Below are positions 11,583 through 25,913 of a stretch of DNA of 64,000 bases, one piece after another; the first letter of the stretch is position 1; every line of letters starts with the position of its first letter. The stretch is from positions 18,476,001-18,540,000 of the forward strand of contig OZ336871.1 of NCBI GenBank assembly GCA_965287045.1, read 5' to 3'. The notes beneath the pieces are model-generated. The model was not told where the DNA came from. It ran no database searches and worked only from the letters and a program-made list of their open reading frames with translations. This DNA comes from Carcharhinus amblyrhynchos (taxonomy: Eukaryota). Both the position numbers and the translations under genes were made by a program.

Positions 11583-12974
11583 CTAAAAAAAGGGGTAAAT
11601 CAGGTTAAGAATGAGTCCAGGTGCGAATAAATAAAATGAGTCACCCCATTTATCCAACAACACTATGGTGAATGGAGTTTTCCACTTCTGTAATCCCTCA
11701 ATTAGTGTTAATATACAGTAAGCTTCCAAAGTGACAATGGAAATGTAAGTCAAGCTATATGGGTGGCACAGTGGTTAACACTGATGCCTCACAGTCCATG
11801 ACCAGGCTTCAATTCCGGCCTAGGATGACTGACTGTCTGTGTGGAGTTTGCACATTCTCCCTGTGTCTGTGTGGGTTTCCTCCAGGTGCCCCGGTGTCCT
11901 CCCACACTCCAAAGAGGTGGCCATATAACAATGCCCATGTTTCTTTGGAAGGAACTCTTCAAATGCAGACAATAAAAATATAACAGAGCTAACTTCAACT
12001 TATAAATCAAAGAAAGGGTTTTATAAAGAGATTTCATTACTCCAAGCTTTGGGCCTCACTCTGAACCAATCCACATTCCCCCACAATTCCCAACAGATTC
12101 TTATTTATAGTGAGTCGACTGACCATCACATCATTCTGTGATTGGATCCATGGTTTACGGGATCAGCTGACACTTACACCTTCTTACCATTGGTCACATT
12201 ACATCCAATACAATGTTGTCACATTCTAACAGTCTATAAAATTCAAAACTGTGCATGTGCTTTGAATTTTTTTTTTGAAGTGTTAATATTGTTTATTTCC
12301 TATACAGATGCTAGAATTAAATTCCAGAATTAAAGCGCAGAGGATGAAAGATAGTTCACCCATTGCGTGACTATTATTGCAATTATTATCTCCTCATAGC
12401 TGTAATAAATTCAAACACAAGATGTACACCATATGTTCTAAAACTGCTCTGTCTTCTGTAAAGCCATTTAATTTATTTGATTAATTAAGTCAAAGCAATC
12501 CACATCAAACTAGTGTGACCAGCGTAATTGTACTTCTAAAACAAGAGACTCATCCTTGAAGGGAAAAAAATTGCAGAGCCACAGGGAAATGTGGGATTTG
12601 TGACCAAATGGCCTTCTTCTGTGCTGTAACCATTCTATGTTAGTCATATTTTCCTCTCCAATTTTGAGGAATGGATTAAGACACAAATTCCAAAACTGGG
12701 TTCCACAGAACGCTGGGGTTCTGTAGGAAAACAAAACCGTCTCTCAAGTTTGTTCAGTCAGAGGCAGTTTTCACACAGCGTTAGATAGGTTGAACTAGTG
12801 TGCCTATCAGCAGTCAATGAGCTGAGAAGCTGGCCTCTGATTGGATCAAAGTAACCATTCAAAATTCCAGGCAAGGGTGAAAGCAAAGATGGCGGAGCAA
12901 ATGTCATAGCAACGGTGAGTGAATGCTGGAGTGAGGTAGGCAGAAGCCACGGGCAGGGGGACTTGGACATGGAG

Positions 12975-13635
12975 CAAGGGAGAGAAAGGTGAGAGCGTGT
13001 GCATGTGATAGAGGTGAGTGGGTGGGAGAAAGGAGAGAGTGTGCACGCGCGTGTGTGTGTATGAGACAGGTGAGAGTGTGTGTGTCTGTAAGTGAGTGAG
13101 AGAGAGGTAAGTGTATGTGTGTGAGAGAGAGGTACAGAGGGGAGAGATAAAAAAGGGTTCAGAGGGGCAATTTTTTCTCAGAGGGTGGTGAGTGTCTGGA
13201 ACAAGCTGCCAGGGGTAGTAGCAGAGGTGGGTGCAATTTTGTCTTTTAAAAAGCATTTAGGCAGCATACGTTTAGGCTATCGAAGGATATGGGCCAAATG
13301 CGGGCAATTAGAATTAACTTAGTCATTAAAAAAAGGACGGCTGAAGGTCCTGTTTCCATGCTGTAAACCTCTGTGATTCTATAAGGTGTGCATATCAGAG
13401 AAAGAGAGAGAGAGAGTGTGAGTGTTTGTGTGTGACAGTGTGTAAGAGAGAGAGATGAGAATGTCTATATCCATGTGTGTGAGATTATAAAAGAGAGGAG
13501 AGTGTGAAAGAGAGGTGAGAGTGTGTGTGTGTGTGAGTGTGTGCGCGCACGCGTGTGTGTGTGTGTGATTAAGGGAGAGCTGTGTGTGTGCGCGTGTGAT
13601 TGAGAGAGAGTGAGAGAGTGTTTGTGTGAAGAGAA
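12975..13635. repeat. Degenerate (GT)n/(GA)n microsatellite split by a CR1 3' fragment (~13140-13382)
   Basis: Visible gtgtgt/gagaga runs on both sides of a CR1 tail. Confidence 0.85.
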
Positions 13636-13910
13636 GCAGTGTCACTCCTCCCATTAAAAATTACTAAAAGATAAGACTTAAATAATTTGTTAAGAAGATA
13701 ACTTTCTAATTATAATAAATGCATACATATAAGAAATAGAAAGTACTTTTAAAAATGTGTTTTGTATGTTTGTATTTATTCCACAAAAACGATCAATTTT
13801 TTTGTGGTTTAACTCTTCAATCGAATAAGAATATTTCTTGGAGGCTCTGTCAGTACTCTTGAGAGATCCATGGCTGGAAACATTTGGGAAATCCTGGACT
13901 AAGACTTCCT

Positions 13911-14036
13911 GGGTGGGATTTTCCGGCTACACTCATCTCAAAAATGGAAAATCCCACCTGAAATCAACGGATTTTTGCAAGGACCCCCCCTCACTATGAT
14001 TCCCGTGGCGGGCGAGATGGGAAAATTCCAGGCACC
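13911..14036. mobile_element. Harbinger-type MITE (~125 bp)
   Basis: Ends gggtgggattttcc...ggaaaattccaggc; related MITEs at ~3240-3364, 15956-16092, 16147-16283, 25101-25220, 35681-35816, 35879-36004, 45902-46026, 47234-47443, 62373-62480. Confidence 0.7.
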
Positions 14037-15586
14037 AAGTCTTGCATGAAACCCTGGGCAGGATCTACCATTTAATATGGGGACCCCTGTCAACATCAGG
14101 TGTTGATCCCAACACCACAGTATCAGGAGCAGCAAGCAGTGGGAGCAGCCAATTGTTAGATAGAGGATGCACTCGGTGTCCAATTAAGGAAGGTGGATAG
14201 GCAGGGCCTCAAAGCTGGAGAGCTAATAAGAGGCTCTGCCCTCGAAGGCTGAAGGAACTAAAGCTGTCATTGCAGGTAAGAGATAAAGAGGGATCACCAT
14301 CCAGAAGCTCTCTCTCGGCATCCATAACTGAAATTAAAAATGGTCACAGCTACTGGACCACTATTACGGAGGGGACACCCCTCCACAGGGAGACCAGTGG
14401 CTTTGGCTGTGTCCAGGTAAGCATGATGGATGGCAGGAGGTGCTCACAATAATAATCCCCTCAGTCTGACACCAGGAGGCTGCCTCCAGGTATCTGGCCT
14501 ACCCATGATGTTACCAGGGATCCAGTCGGCCAACTGAATAGTTCAGGTCTGTCCCTAATCAATGGCCATAATTGGTCTTTTAATTGAGTAAACAAGCTGG
14601 CCACCATCTGGGGTAGTTAGCTGTTCCTCACCCAATTCAGCTTCCAAGAAATTGAACAGGAGTCCAGACCGTGATTGAGAACTGGCATGGTGGCCAGGGT
14701 TAGGAAATTCTGCACCTACCTGCCTCTGTTCCCATCTCTTAATGGAGCCACAGCCTTGCCTTGTGTCTCCATTTCCATTCTCCAATTCTCTTCTTCATCT
14801 GGTGATGCACGAAAACAGAATCTCGTCTATTTCAGTAGCTTGTAATTCCTGGAGCAAGTGACTAGTCTGTCACCAAGGCCTTACAGCTTGAGGGGCACCA
14901 CTCTATATCAAGCATGGCTCACTCTTATTGCCAACAATTAGTGTGTTTGGTAGGATTTGCAAGTTGACACACTCAACCTTACTGACCACATTATGAAAGA
15001 ATGTTCCTTGGCCATCAAAGTTGGGAGTCAAAACTGAAGCCTCTGGCTCAGAGGCAGGGACCTACCCACTACGCCACAAGACCTCCATTCTGTCTCCGTT
15101 AGACCTTTCTGCTTGGAACAAACAAGCTGCTAGACTAATGTCTCTCATCTGTCACGAAAGAACAATTCAAGTGGAATTAAAAGTTTTCTGTCCTCCGTAG
15201 AAATCGCTGCTGGAAGTTTTCACATTCTAATGCCAGGAAGTACTCAAATTCTATCTTGAGTATTCTTATTTGTAACCCAGTGCCCAAACTTCCATGAAGA
15301 ACTGTACAGAGCAACAAATTTCTGCCAACACTCAGGCTAATGCTCAGTTTTGTGGAGTTAGCTCAGGCCTGCACTCCTGCAGGGAAGATAATGATAATAG
15401 CTGATTGACTACATTGCACAGAAAGGAGGAAATGGAAGCTGGTGAAAGGTTGGCAGAAAATATGAGCAGTATACATCATCCCAACAAAGCAACACCACGT
15501 CCTGAGCGAATCTCCAACAATCGTATCCAAAAGGAGTCAAGCAATGTGAGTCTTCTTGAAGTGCCAATCAATGCTTGCACTTTTGT

Positions 15587-15896
15587 GGGTGGCATGGTGG
15601 CACAGTGGTTAGCACCGCTGCCTCACAGCGCCAGGAATCTAGGTTCAATTCTAGCCTTGGGTCACTGTCTGTGTGGAGTTTGCACATTCTCCCTGTGTCT
15701 GCTTGGGTTTCCTCCGGGTGTTCTGGTTTCCTCCCACAGTCCAAAGACTGTGGGTTAGATTGATTGGCCATGCTAAATTGATCCTGGTGTCAGGAGGTAA
15801 ATATGTGGGGTTACGGGAATAGGACCTGGATGGGATTGTGGTCGGTATAGGCTTGATGGACCGAATGGCTTCCTTCTGCACTGAAGCGATTCTATG
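15587..15896 (+). mobile_element. V-SINE (HE1-like), CR1 tail
   Basis: Full head, body and tail; similar copies at ~17404-17682(+), 25496-25817(-), 30003-30433(-), 32810-33108(+), 46788-47090(+), 48132-48409(+), 56263-56570(+). Confidence 0.85.
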
Positions 15897-18099
15897 TTTT
15901 ATAAAAGCCAAGTGAAAATTGATCAAATAAAAATGTGACTCATTTGTAAAAGCAAGGGGGTAAATTTTCCAGTCCCGCCGCTATTGGAATCACCACGGGC
16001 AGACTGGAAAATTTGACGGGTGATTGAAAGATCCAACAACCTCGGGCAGGAATTTCCACTCTCGGGTGCAGCGGGAACGGAAAATCCTGCAGTCGGGTGT
16101 CACTTAGGGTGGGTCTTTATAGTCAGTTGAGTACTTTTGAAATAGAGGGTGTGGTTTTCCAGCCGTGTGCAGCCGGAGACTGGAAATTCCCATCTGAGGT
16201 CAACAGACCTTTGAACGGTCCGGCAAATTTTCTGTCCTGCCCGTGATGATTCCCACGGCAGGCGGAACTGGAAATTTCCAGCCATGGTCTCTAACATTGT
16301 CTACAAACAAATCACCAAACTATTCCACATTCGTGACCATACCGCAAAAGGAATAAGCTCCCAGATTGATAAACTAATTATTCTGGATCATGATTTCATA
16401 AATATCCACAATTTACAACTATTCAAGAAAAGAAAACAGAAAATACCATGAACTTGTGTATTATGATCCAAGAGTGGAGCTAATGCAAAATCATTTGTAC
16501 TCATTGTCCTTGCGAGAGAGCAGTGCCTACACCTCAAGAGCACTTCATCAGCTACAAAGCTGTTTGGGATGCCCTGATTTTGTATATACCAGCAGAAACT
16601 TGGTCATAATAGAGAACAAACATTCCATTTTTATTCTCCACGATATATTTTTTGACATTAACATCATCCTGAATTACACTCAGCTGATATTTTTCTATGA
16701 ATGATCGGATAAAAGCTTTAAAAATGAAATTGTTTACCAAATTGCAAGGACATTGCCAATGCATTTTCATCAGATGAGAAAGTGCTTTACTCAACTGCAC
16801 TGTTTCAACTCATTGAGAGGATCCCCCTCCCCCCCGCTTTACTGGAGGCTTCATTTCACCCTCACTACTTTTCTTACAACAATTCAATGCCAGCACTTGT
16901 CCAACTATCTGTCCTAAAAGATGGAAAATCATCCACTGGTCAAAAAACCAATTTATTAGTATTAAAAGAAGACATTAACACTGCAATGAAACCATGGTGA
17001 AAATTCCCTAGTTGTCAAACTCCAGCGCCTGTTCAGACACACAGAGAAAATTTAGCATGGCCAAAACGCCTAACCAGCACATCTTTCAGAGTGTGAGATA
17101 AATGCATGCAGACACGGGGAGAATGTGCAGACTCCGCACAGTGACCCAAGCTGGGTATCGAACTGGGTCCCTGGCGCTGTACGGCAGCAGTGCTAACCAT
17201 TGTGCCACCATGCTGCCCAATTAACAAGCACGAGTGTGAGCCCGAGATAGGTGGACAATATTTCCTTGCATTATGATGATAAGAATTAGGAGAGGCAAGT
17301 GACTCACCACTCTCCTGCCCACAGATAGGATCAAACAGAATAATGGGTCCTCCAGGTGGAGATAAGATGTTTCAGCTTCTTGCCTCCCTGAAGTTCAGCT
17401 GCAGGATGGCATGGTGCTACAGTGGTCAGCACTACTATCTCACAGCACCAGGGACCCAAGTTCGATTCTGGCCTTGGGTGATTGACTGCATGGGTTTCCT
17501 GTAAGTGCTCTGGTTTCCTCTCAAACTCCAAAGATGTGTGGTTAGGTTGATTGGCCATGCTAAATTGACCTTCAGTGACAGAGAGATTAGCATTAAATAT
17601 ATGGCCCTACAGGGACACGGCCTGGGTGGGATTGTTGTTGGTGCAGGCTCGACGGGCCTTCTTCTGCACGGTAAGGTTCTTTACATTAAGCATTGAGCCC
17701 TGGATGTACAAACGTTTGCTTTTACACATGGTCTCAAAGTGTCTGCCAGCACCAACCAACCCAAGCTTCAGTGTTGTCTTATTAGTTTTTGGATGGACGT
17801 ATAAAGCATGGTCACTTCCTTTGTTCAGGACTGTAAACTCCTCCAACCTTGAGATCTCCATGGCTACCAACACCCCTACTACGCAGACCCACTCCACCCT
17901 CCAATTCTAACTTTTTGCATATCCCCAGTTTTGCATGATTTCACCACTGGGAGTCATGCCTTTTACTGTCTAAGTCTTGTAGGTAAGAACAGCTGCCAAT
18001 CTTACCCAATCTGACATATACAATTCCAGGTCAATGATAACGCAGTTGACTATTAACTAAACTCAACCAGTTGGTTTTAACCCAGACATGGGATTCAGA

Positions 18100-19512
18100 T
18101 GTACGGCTATAACATTGGCACCCAACAAAATGGAAAATTTGCCTTGATTTATCCCATTCACAAAAAGCAGGTAAAGTCCAACCTGGCTGATTACTATCTC
18201 ATTGGTCTACTCTGAATCATCAGCAAAGAGATGGAAGGTGTCATCAAACACAGCTATCAAATGGAACCTACTCAAGAATATCCTGTAATCCAATGCTCAG
18301 TTCGGGTCTGCCAGGGCCACTCAGCTCCAGAACATATTACAGCCTTGGTAAAAAAAACTGGGCAAAATAACTGAATTCCAAGGCTGAGGCAAGAGTGAGT
18401 GCCCTTGACATCAAGGCAGTGCTTGACCAAGTGTGGAATCAAGATATCCTGGTAAAACTGCAATAAATGAAAATCAGGGGGAAAGCTCGCCACTGGCCAG
18501 AGTCATATCTGACACAAGGGAAGATAGTTGTGGTTGTTTAAATGCCAATTATCTCAGCCCCAGGATATCATTGCAGAGGTTCCTCGTGGTCTTCAACTCT
18601 TTCATCAATGACCATCTCTCCGTCAGAAGGTCTAAAATAGGGATTTTTCTGAAGATTGCATGCTATTGAATTCCATTAGCAATTAAACAGATAATGAAAA
18701 GTCTCTGCCTGCACACAACAAGATTGGGCATCACTAAGGCTTGGGCTCAATGTTGACAAGTTGCCAATCATACGGTGAAAGTGGCTGGTTTGTAAAAACC
18801 ATATTTAACAACAAGGAAACTAACCACTTCCCTTGGTACTCAATGGCAAGAGTGTTGCTGAATTCTCTCACCATCAAAATCCAGGGGTCACCACTGATCA
18901 GAAACTGAACTGGACCACACACAGGTACTGTGGTTCAAGAACAAGTCAGAGTCTGGATATTTTGTAGTGGGTCACTCAGTTCTTGACTCCTCAGAGTCTT
19001 TCTGTATGCTGCGAGACGTAAGTCAGGGGTGTGATGAAATATTTTCCACTTGCTTCAATATTTGCAACACTTAACAAGTCCAAGCAAGCCAAAGCAGCGC
19101 ACTTAATCAGCAGTCCACGCATCACTTTCAATGTTAATTTCATCCACCACTGTACATCGTTTGTCTGCAGTGTTAACCATCAACAAGACATACTGCAGCC
19201 ACTTGCCAAGACTTCTTCAACAGCACCTCCCAAATCCATGGCCTCTCCATTTAGAGGGAGAAGGGCAGCAGGCAAATGGGAACACCACCATCTACAAGTT
19301 CCCCTCCGAGATGCATACCACACTGACTTGGATATATATAGCCATTCCTTTATTGTAGTTGTGTCTAAATTCTGGATATCTCTCCCTAACAGCATTGTGG
19401 AAGAGTCTTTGCCACAGGGTTAGAGGTCTAGATGGTTGTCCACAATTATTCTTTCAAGGGCATTCCAAGGTGGGCAATAAATACAGGCATTGCTATCTAT
19501 GCCAACATTCAA
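18100..19512 (+). mobile_element. Old CR1-like LINE ORF2 relic with 3' end
   Basis: Decayed PIHKKQ.KSN.A.Y / IISK.MEGVI motifs; tail gggcaataaata...; same family at ~37430-37725(-), 46510-46660(-), 57866-58556(-). Confidence 0.7.
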
Positions 19513-19725
19513 AAATTGTTTGTTTTTTTTTGAAAGAAGCTCTGAAATTCTCTCCTGAAACCTCAGTGCCTAATTTTTCTGTCTAAAATACTTCTTAAAC
19601 CCAAAGGCAGGATATTTCAGACGGTGGACATTTCTGCCCTGCCACCCAAAGAATACATTTCCACTAGCCCAATAGACCTTTAATGCTCATGAAGTGTTCA
19701 TTGGCTGCAGATGGAGTCCATTAGG

Positions 19726-19824
19726 TCATCTGATGAAGGAGCAATGCTCTGAAAGCTACTGGCTTTTACTACCAAATAAACCTGTTGGAGTTTAACCTGG
19801 TGCTGCGAGACTTCTTACTGTGCC
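19726..19824 (+). mobile_element. Penelope-like terminal repeat fragment with minimal hammerhead-like core
   Basis: CTGATGA-aggagcaatgctct-GAAAGCTA followed by aataaacctgttggagtttaacctggtg...gagacttcttactgtgc, the same end as the element at 30919-31856. Confidence 0.7.
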
Positions 19825-21989
19825 TGCAAACTTACCAGTAGGGGGAAGTAAAATTCTGTCCTTACCCCTGTGTGAAATCTGTCCTTATATTATGTTTGAT
19901 AATGCTCCTGTGAAGCAATTTGGGATGGCTTACTATGTCAAGGACATTACAGTTATGCATGTTTCTTGATTTGAAAAGGGTTCTGGCCCAGTTTCCAATT
20001 TAATGCTACAGTACACGCTACGTGAATATAGTCCATGGCAAACTTTAGAACACAGAAGCCAAATTTTCCCATCCACAATTGTCCGGGAAGGGAGACGGAC
20101 CAGTAAAGAAAATGGTCACAATGTCACGAGACTGAAAGTCTCAGTTCCATTTCCAAATTCCACCACATTCCCAAACAGCAGAGGGAGCAGGCCTCGGAAC
20201 AGGCCCCAACCCTTCCAAACATCAACTGAAATCATTGTGGGCTTGATAAGAGCCCATTTCCTGTAAATGTTGGAAATTTCAGAGCCGGGTCAGAGCTGCC
20301 TGGTATCTTTCCAGTTGTAAGGGGCCAAGGAGCAGATGGGGCCTTGATTCAGCATCTCGGTCAAAAGACAGCACCTTCAGACAGTACAGAATTCCCTCAG
20401 TGCTCCACTGGAAATGTCACCCCGATTATGTCCTCAATCTCCGAACTAGGACTTAGAGGCACAACTGCCATGACTGACAAATATAAAAAACATAAATCGA
20501 GAGGAGAATTTGAAAATATTGAAGTTTCTCCTTTGCCTTCTTGGATGTGAAGTGCAAATTGAGAAGTATGAACATGTCCAGAATTTTCTCTGTAGGGACA
20601 TTAACTGATGTTGGAATCATATCTTAGAATCATAGATCCCTAAAGTGCAGAAGAGGCTATCGGCCCAACTCTGTCAGAGTGTATCTTATCTAGGCCCTAA
20701 ACCCTGCCCTATTCCTATAACCCCACACATTTACCATGGTTATCCCATCTAACTTACACATTCTGGGACACTGAGGGTCAAGTTAGCATCGCCTTGCCAC
20801 CTAACCTGTACTTCTAAATTGACATAATTATTGCGCACACTTCCTGTCACATCACACTTACTTCCTGTCACACTTTGTTGATAACATCACAGTTGAAATG
20901 AAATCCCATTTCTTCATAGCAAGTGTCAGGGTCCTGTTGCATCAAGCGTTCTGTAGACATACTTTGAGAATGCAACTGGTCTTGAGATGCTCTTGCAGAG
21001 AGGAAGGCAACTCATTTCTCTGCCAAGGCTAAGCAGGTAGGCCCTGGCATTTGGAGAGGTAACCCCTCCAGCCGCAGAGTCAGGATCATGGCTCACTCTT
21101 TGAGGCTTATTGAGTTTCCAGTTTTTCCCTCTGGGAGTCCACAATTTCATCTTGGGTTCAGATCTCAAAGGGTCATTAGTCTTTGGAATTCTCTACCCTA
21201 GAGGACAATGGAGGCTTGGTCATTGACTATATTCAAGGTAGAATGAGACAGATTTTTGATCTACAAAGGAGATGCAGACAGAGAATTGGCAGTATGGCCA
21301 CGATCAGATCAGCCATGATGTCACGGAATGGCAGAATAGACTTGATGGACTGAATGACCTTCTTCTGCTCCTTTTTCTAATGTTCTTATGCAAATGAGTC
21401 AACTGGGACCCTTTCAGAATAAAGTTGACTCAACTAACCTGATAGCACATCATTATTTGCAACAAAAATCTATCAAATTCATACCTACTTATTGGGTGAA
21501 GAATCAGCCTGTTGATATCTAATTAGAAAAGTCTCCTTGAACCCCTAAGGGTTAGGATGGCACAGTCGTTAGCATTGCTGCCTCATAGCGCCAGGGACCC
21601 AGGTTCAATTCCCGGCTTGGGTCACTGTCTGTGTGGAGTTTGCACATTCTCCCCGTATCTGCGTGGGTTTCCTCTGGGTGGTCCTGTTTCCTCCCACAGT
21701 CTGAAAGACATGCTGATTAGGTGCATTGGCCATGCTAAATTCCCCTTTAGTGTGCCCGAACAGGCACCAGGGTGTGGCAACTAGGGGATTTTCACAGTAA
21801 CTTGACTACGGTGACACTTGTGACACTAATAAATAAAAAACTGAAAGATATTGACCAACTACAAATACCAGGGCTGAGAGCGTCAGATGCTTAGTTTGTC
21901 TGAAATTTATCTTGATATTGGATCACAGTCAGTGGAGGACATTTTAAGAAGTAAAATGAGTCTAAGTTGGCGTAAACACTGTTTTGGGG

Positions 21990-22283
21990 ATTATAGTTTG
22001 AGGATAAAGGGAAAATCTTTTAGAACTGAGGTGAGGAGAAATTTCTTCATCCAGAGAATGTGTGGAATTCACTACCACAGAAAGTAGTTGAGGCCAAAAC
22101 ATTGTCTGATTTCAAGACAAAACTAGATATAGCTCTTGGGGCTAAAGGGTCAAGGGATTTGGGGTAAGGAAAGAATCAGGATATTGAATTTGATGGTCAC
22201 CCATGATCAAGATGAATAGCAGAGCAGGCTCAAAGGGTTGAATGCTTCTAGTTATACTAGAATACTCCTGCTTCTAGTTTCTA
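21990..22283 (+). mobile_element. CR1 LINE 3' fragment
   Basis: YSLRIKGKSFRTEVRRNFF plus 3' UTR ending tactcctgcttctagtttcta; another fragment at ~21165-21390. Confidence 0.75.
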
Positions 22284-23872
22284 AAAGCACTAATGCCAAG
22301 GACTTCCATCAAAACAATAAACTTAAATATCAGCATATAAAAGAGAAACAAAAAAACTGACAATGCTCTGGTTCTCTTTTATGTTCATTGAGATTGAACA
22401 GCATAGCTAAATCCAAAATAGAACCAAGATCATTCCCTCCAAGAATGAATATCTGCTTTGTATGCAAGACCAAGTGGAGGGCTGTGCAAAACTCAAAAAA
22501 AATCATTCAGGCAGTGATTTCTTCACTTAATTCCTGGTTACAGATATCAGAAAGCCTCAGAATACCTGGAACATCGCCAACACTAATGTCCAAATATCTC
22601 AAAGCTGTGAAATGGTTCCACACTTGTTGCTTCCACCACAAAATTAGATAATTGGGAAATAATAAGTAGGTACAAAGAAAGCAAGCACAATTGTGCTAGA
22701 TTTCACAACATTGTCCAAAGATACGCCCAGCTTTCGGCTTCAATGTGTCTTTTCCATGCTGGCTTCAGCAATGGTGGCATGGACTAGGAATGCTATTAGC
22801 ATACCTCTTAACTCTCTGCCTATGATCAGGATCCCACTGAAGTAGCACATGTGATTCCCATGATAGGAAGTCAGGCAATTTGCCTGGTCTACAGAAAGCC
22901 ATGTCTTCATCCAAATTCTACCCATTCAACACATTGAATAATGACACCTCCCACATACAATGAGAAGGGGGGACTCATCTCCTCCCATGGCTCGATTCAG
23001 ATGCCCTCCCTGCCTCAGGAGAAAAAGAGAACTAGCGTTTCATTTGCATCTTCTGTAGTTCAAAGATTTTTTAAAATGTATTCATTTATGAGACAGGCAT
23101 CTCTGGCTGGCCAGCATTTATTATTCATCCCTAATTGCCCGTGGTGGTGATAACCGAGGGACTTGCTAGATTATTTGGGAGGGTAATTAAGAGTCAACCA
23201 CCACACTGCTGTGGCCTTGGAATCATATGTCAACAAGACCAGGTAATGACAGCAGATTTCCTTCACTAAAGGACATAAGTGAACCAGATGGGTTTTTCCA
23301 ACAATCAATAATAATTTCATTGTCCTTAGATTCTTAATTCCAAACTTTTTTTAATTGAATTCAAATTCCACTATCTGCCGTGGTGGGATTCGATCCCAGG
23401 TCCACAGAACATTAGTTATGTTTCTGGATGAATAGTCTAGCAATAACACCACCAGGCCATCGCCTTCCCAGAGTGCTTCATAACCAATGGATCCTTTTCA
23501 ATCTGTAATTATCGTTGTGATGCAGGGAGAGATGGTGGTCAGTCTGCACACTAAGGTTATACAGAAAGTCTATTGTCGTATAAAGTTCTGGTACGCATTG
23601 GGCAGAATTTTCCTATTTTAAGATTAAACGCAGTGGTGGGCAACTCCAGTGACACCTTTCCTGCTGGCCAGAATGGTGGGATTCTGCACTCGGAATCTCA
23701 TCAATTATGCACCGGCGAATTGCCCTCTGAGTTTCAGCTAGCAGCTGACTTGGCTGTTCGCCATTAGCTGGTGGGTTCCAAGGTCCTGGTGCCACATTTA
23801 AATATCAGTCCATCACACTCTTATCACTCTCTTTAATCCATTGTCTTCACCGGGACTTGCAGGATGTTAACA

Positions 23873-24640
23873 TGTTAAGACCTAACCCAGAAACTCCAAG
23901 GTGTTTTATGAAGTTAGCCTAAACCCTAAGTTTTACATTTGATTTTGGCATTAGGGCGAGCACAAGGTGTTTCACTGCAGGTATGATTCAATGACCCACC
24001 AGGGAGATTTTATCAAACAAAGTTTATTTAAGAACACAGTTAAGACATAAGAAAAAGAATGAGCATTACTTTTACCAATTATGTGAATGAAACGTGACAC
24101 AGTATAACTCCTAACAGCTAGCTAGCTCTGTTGTTCCAACTTAAACACCATCCCACAGGCATACAGCCCTCTCTAGACTTGGGACCAAAACAAGTATGCT
24201 CATGTGATGCTGGATTTTCAGCTTTTTTTACATCAACTATGAAATAATCCTTTGAACGTTGGGTCAATTCTCTGAGCCTTCCCAATCCTGGAACTTTCAG
24301 CAAGCCTCTGGAGAGAAAGAGAGAAACAGAGACACTGCTTTCTTCCACAAGCTTCCAGCAGCAATTGAGAAATGAAACTAGAGTTTTTGGACTCTTCTGT
24401 GGGAAAAAACTGTCCCCAGGCTTATCACCTGTCTTGTCAATCATCTCCAAATCATACTCCAGTCAGCAATACACAAAGGACCATAAAAACCAAGGACACT
24501 GAACTGGTCCAGATTAAAATCAGCGTGATATCCATTATATTGCTTCAGTAACAATTAGAGCACACAACACCAATAAAATGCTAGGAACTGCTTGGAAAAC
24601 ATGATTAAAATACATTATTTAAAGGCACAGTAACGTCACA
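23873..24640 (-). mobile_element. Solo LTR (TG...CA, ~770 bp)
   Basis: Starts tgttaagacc, ends gtcaca; AATAAA on the minus strand near 24025; homologous to the copy at 42095-44773. Flanks aaca/agca are an imperfect TSD. Confidence 0.65.
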
Positions 24641-25913
24641 AGCAACTCAGAGGAAAAAGGCTAGCAAAATAAGAGAGCTAAAAAAAGACTTGCATTTTAC
24701 AGCCAATGAAATATTTCAGAAGTATAGTCACTGCTGTTAAACAAGCGTATAAAATTGATGGACAGAGAAAGAGCAGCTTGTCTATCAAAGCTTCCCAATA
24801 TTCATGATGACTAAAAGATCATAACTATGCACTTTTTCCCTCTCATTAAGTATGGAACTTGTCTGAGCTTGATAGTCAGATACTCTTGAGTAGCGCTTTC
24901 AGTTCCATCATTAGTATGAAGTAGCTACTGCTGGTGAATGCTGACTAAAGGAGACTGTAATGTTAACCTGGCCTTCTTCTCACTTACAAAAGAAAATGTG
25001 TCTGATTTCAAGCTCCAGTTTTAAATTGTGGCTATTCATCAAGATATTAAGGATCTGGACAAACTCCATGAATGGTTGAAGTGCCAATGATTAGATAATG
25101 GTCGGAATTTTACCGGCACAACTGCCCGAGGTTCATACAATCCTGCCCGAGGCCAACGGAGAATGCCATTCTCTGAGCTTCACCCAGAATGGGGGCAGGC
25201 ATGCCAGTAAAATTCCAGCCAGAGAGTGGGAACACTGAGCTGAAATGGATTTCCTCGAGCGTCAACCCACCATTTATGAACAGAAACACATTTAACTGAG
25301 ATACACTTGGACCTCTGAATTGGAATTTCCTCTTGAAGAATAACTGAGCCACAGCTCTCTCCAATTTAGCAGTTATTGATTAGATTTATTGCTGGCTGAT
25401 ACTATAGTTTTGCATCAATAGGAGCTGGCTTGAGACATACTGTTGTTGCTGTACTCCTGCCAGGAAATGTGCAGCCATCAGATCTCACTCATCAGTCATA
25501 GAATCCCTACAGTGCAGAAGAGGCCATTCAGCCCATCAAATCAGCACTGACTCTCTGACAGAGTATCTTGCACTCCCCTGCCCTTTCCCTATAATCCCAC
25601 ACATTTACTATGGCTAATCCATTTAATATACACAGGGACCATTTAGCATGTCCAATCCATGTAACCTGCACGTCTTTGGGCTGTGGGAGGAAACAGGAGC
25701 ACTCAGAGGAAATCCACGCAGACACAGGAAGAATGTGCAAATTCTACAGTCACCCAAGGTTGGAATTGAACCCGGATCCCTGGCACTGTGAGGCAGCAGT
25801 ACTAACCGCTGTGCCATCGGATATCCACTATAGCTTATTTGTAATCACTCTATGAAGTTCATCATCCAGCATTGGCAAGGTCGGCCCCTCTCTCTGCTGC
25901 CTGACTTTTCCCT

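Noticed and set aside
12846-13654. His/Thr/Leu/Ser-rich ORFs
   Set aside because: Products of (GT)n/(GA)n microsatellite.
21555-21625. tRNA-like sequences with box A/B
   Set aside because: These are SINE heads continuing into SINE bodies; no complete cloverleaf tRNA gene was seen.
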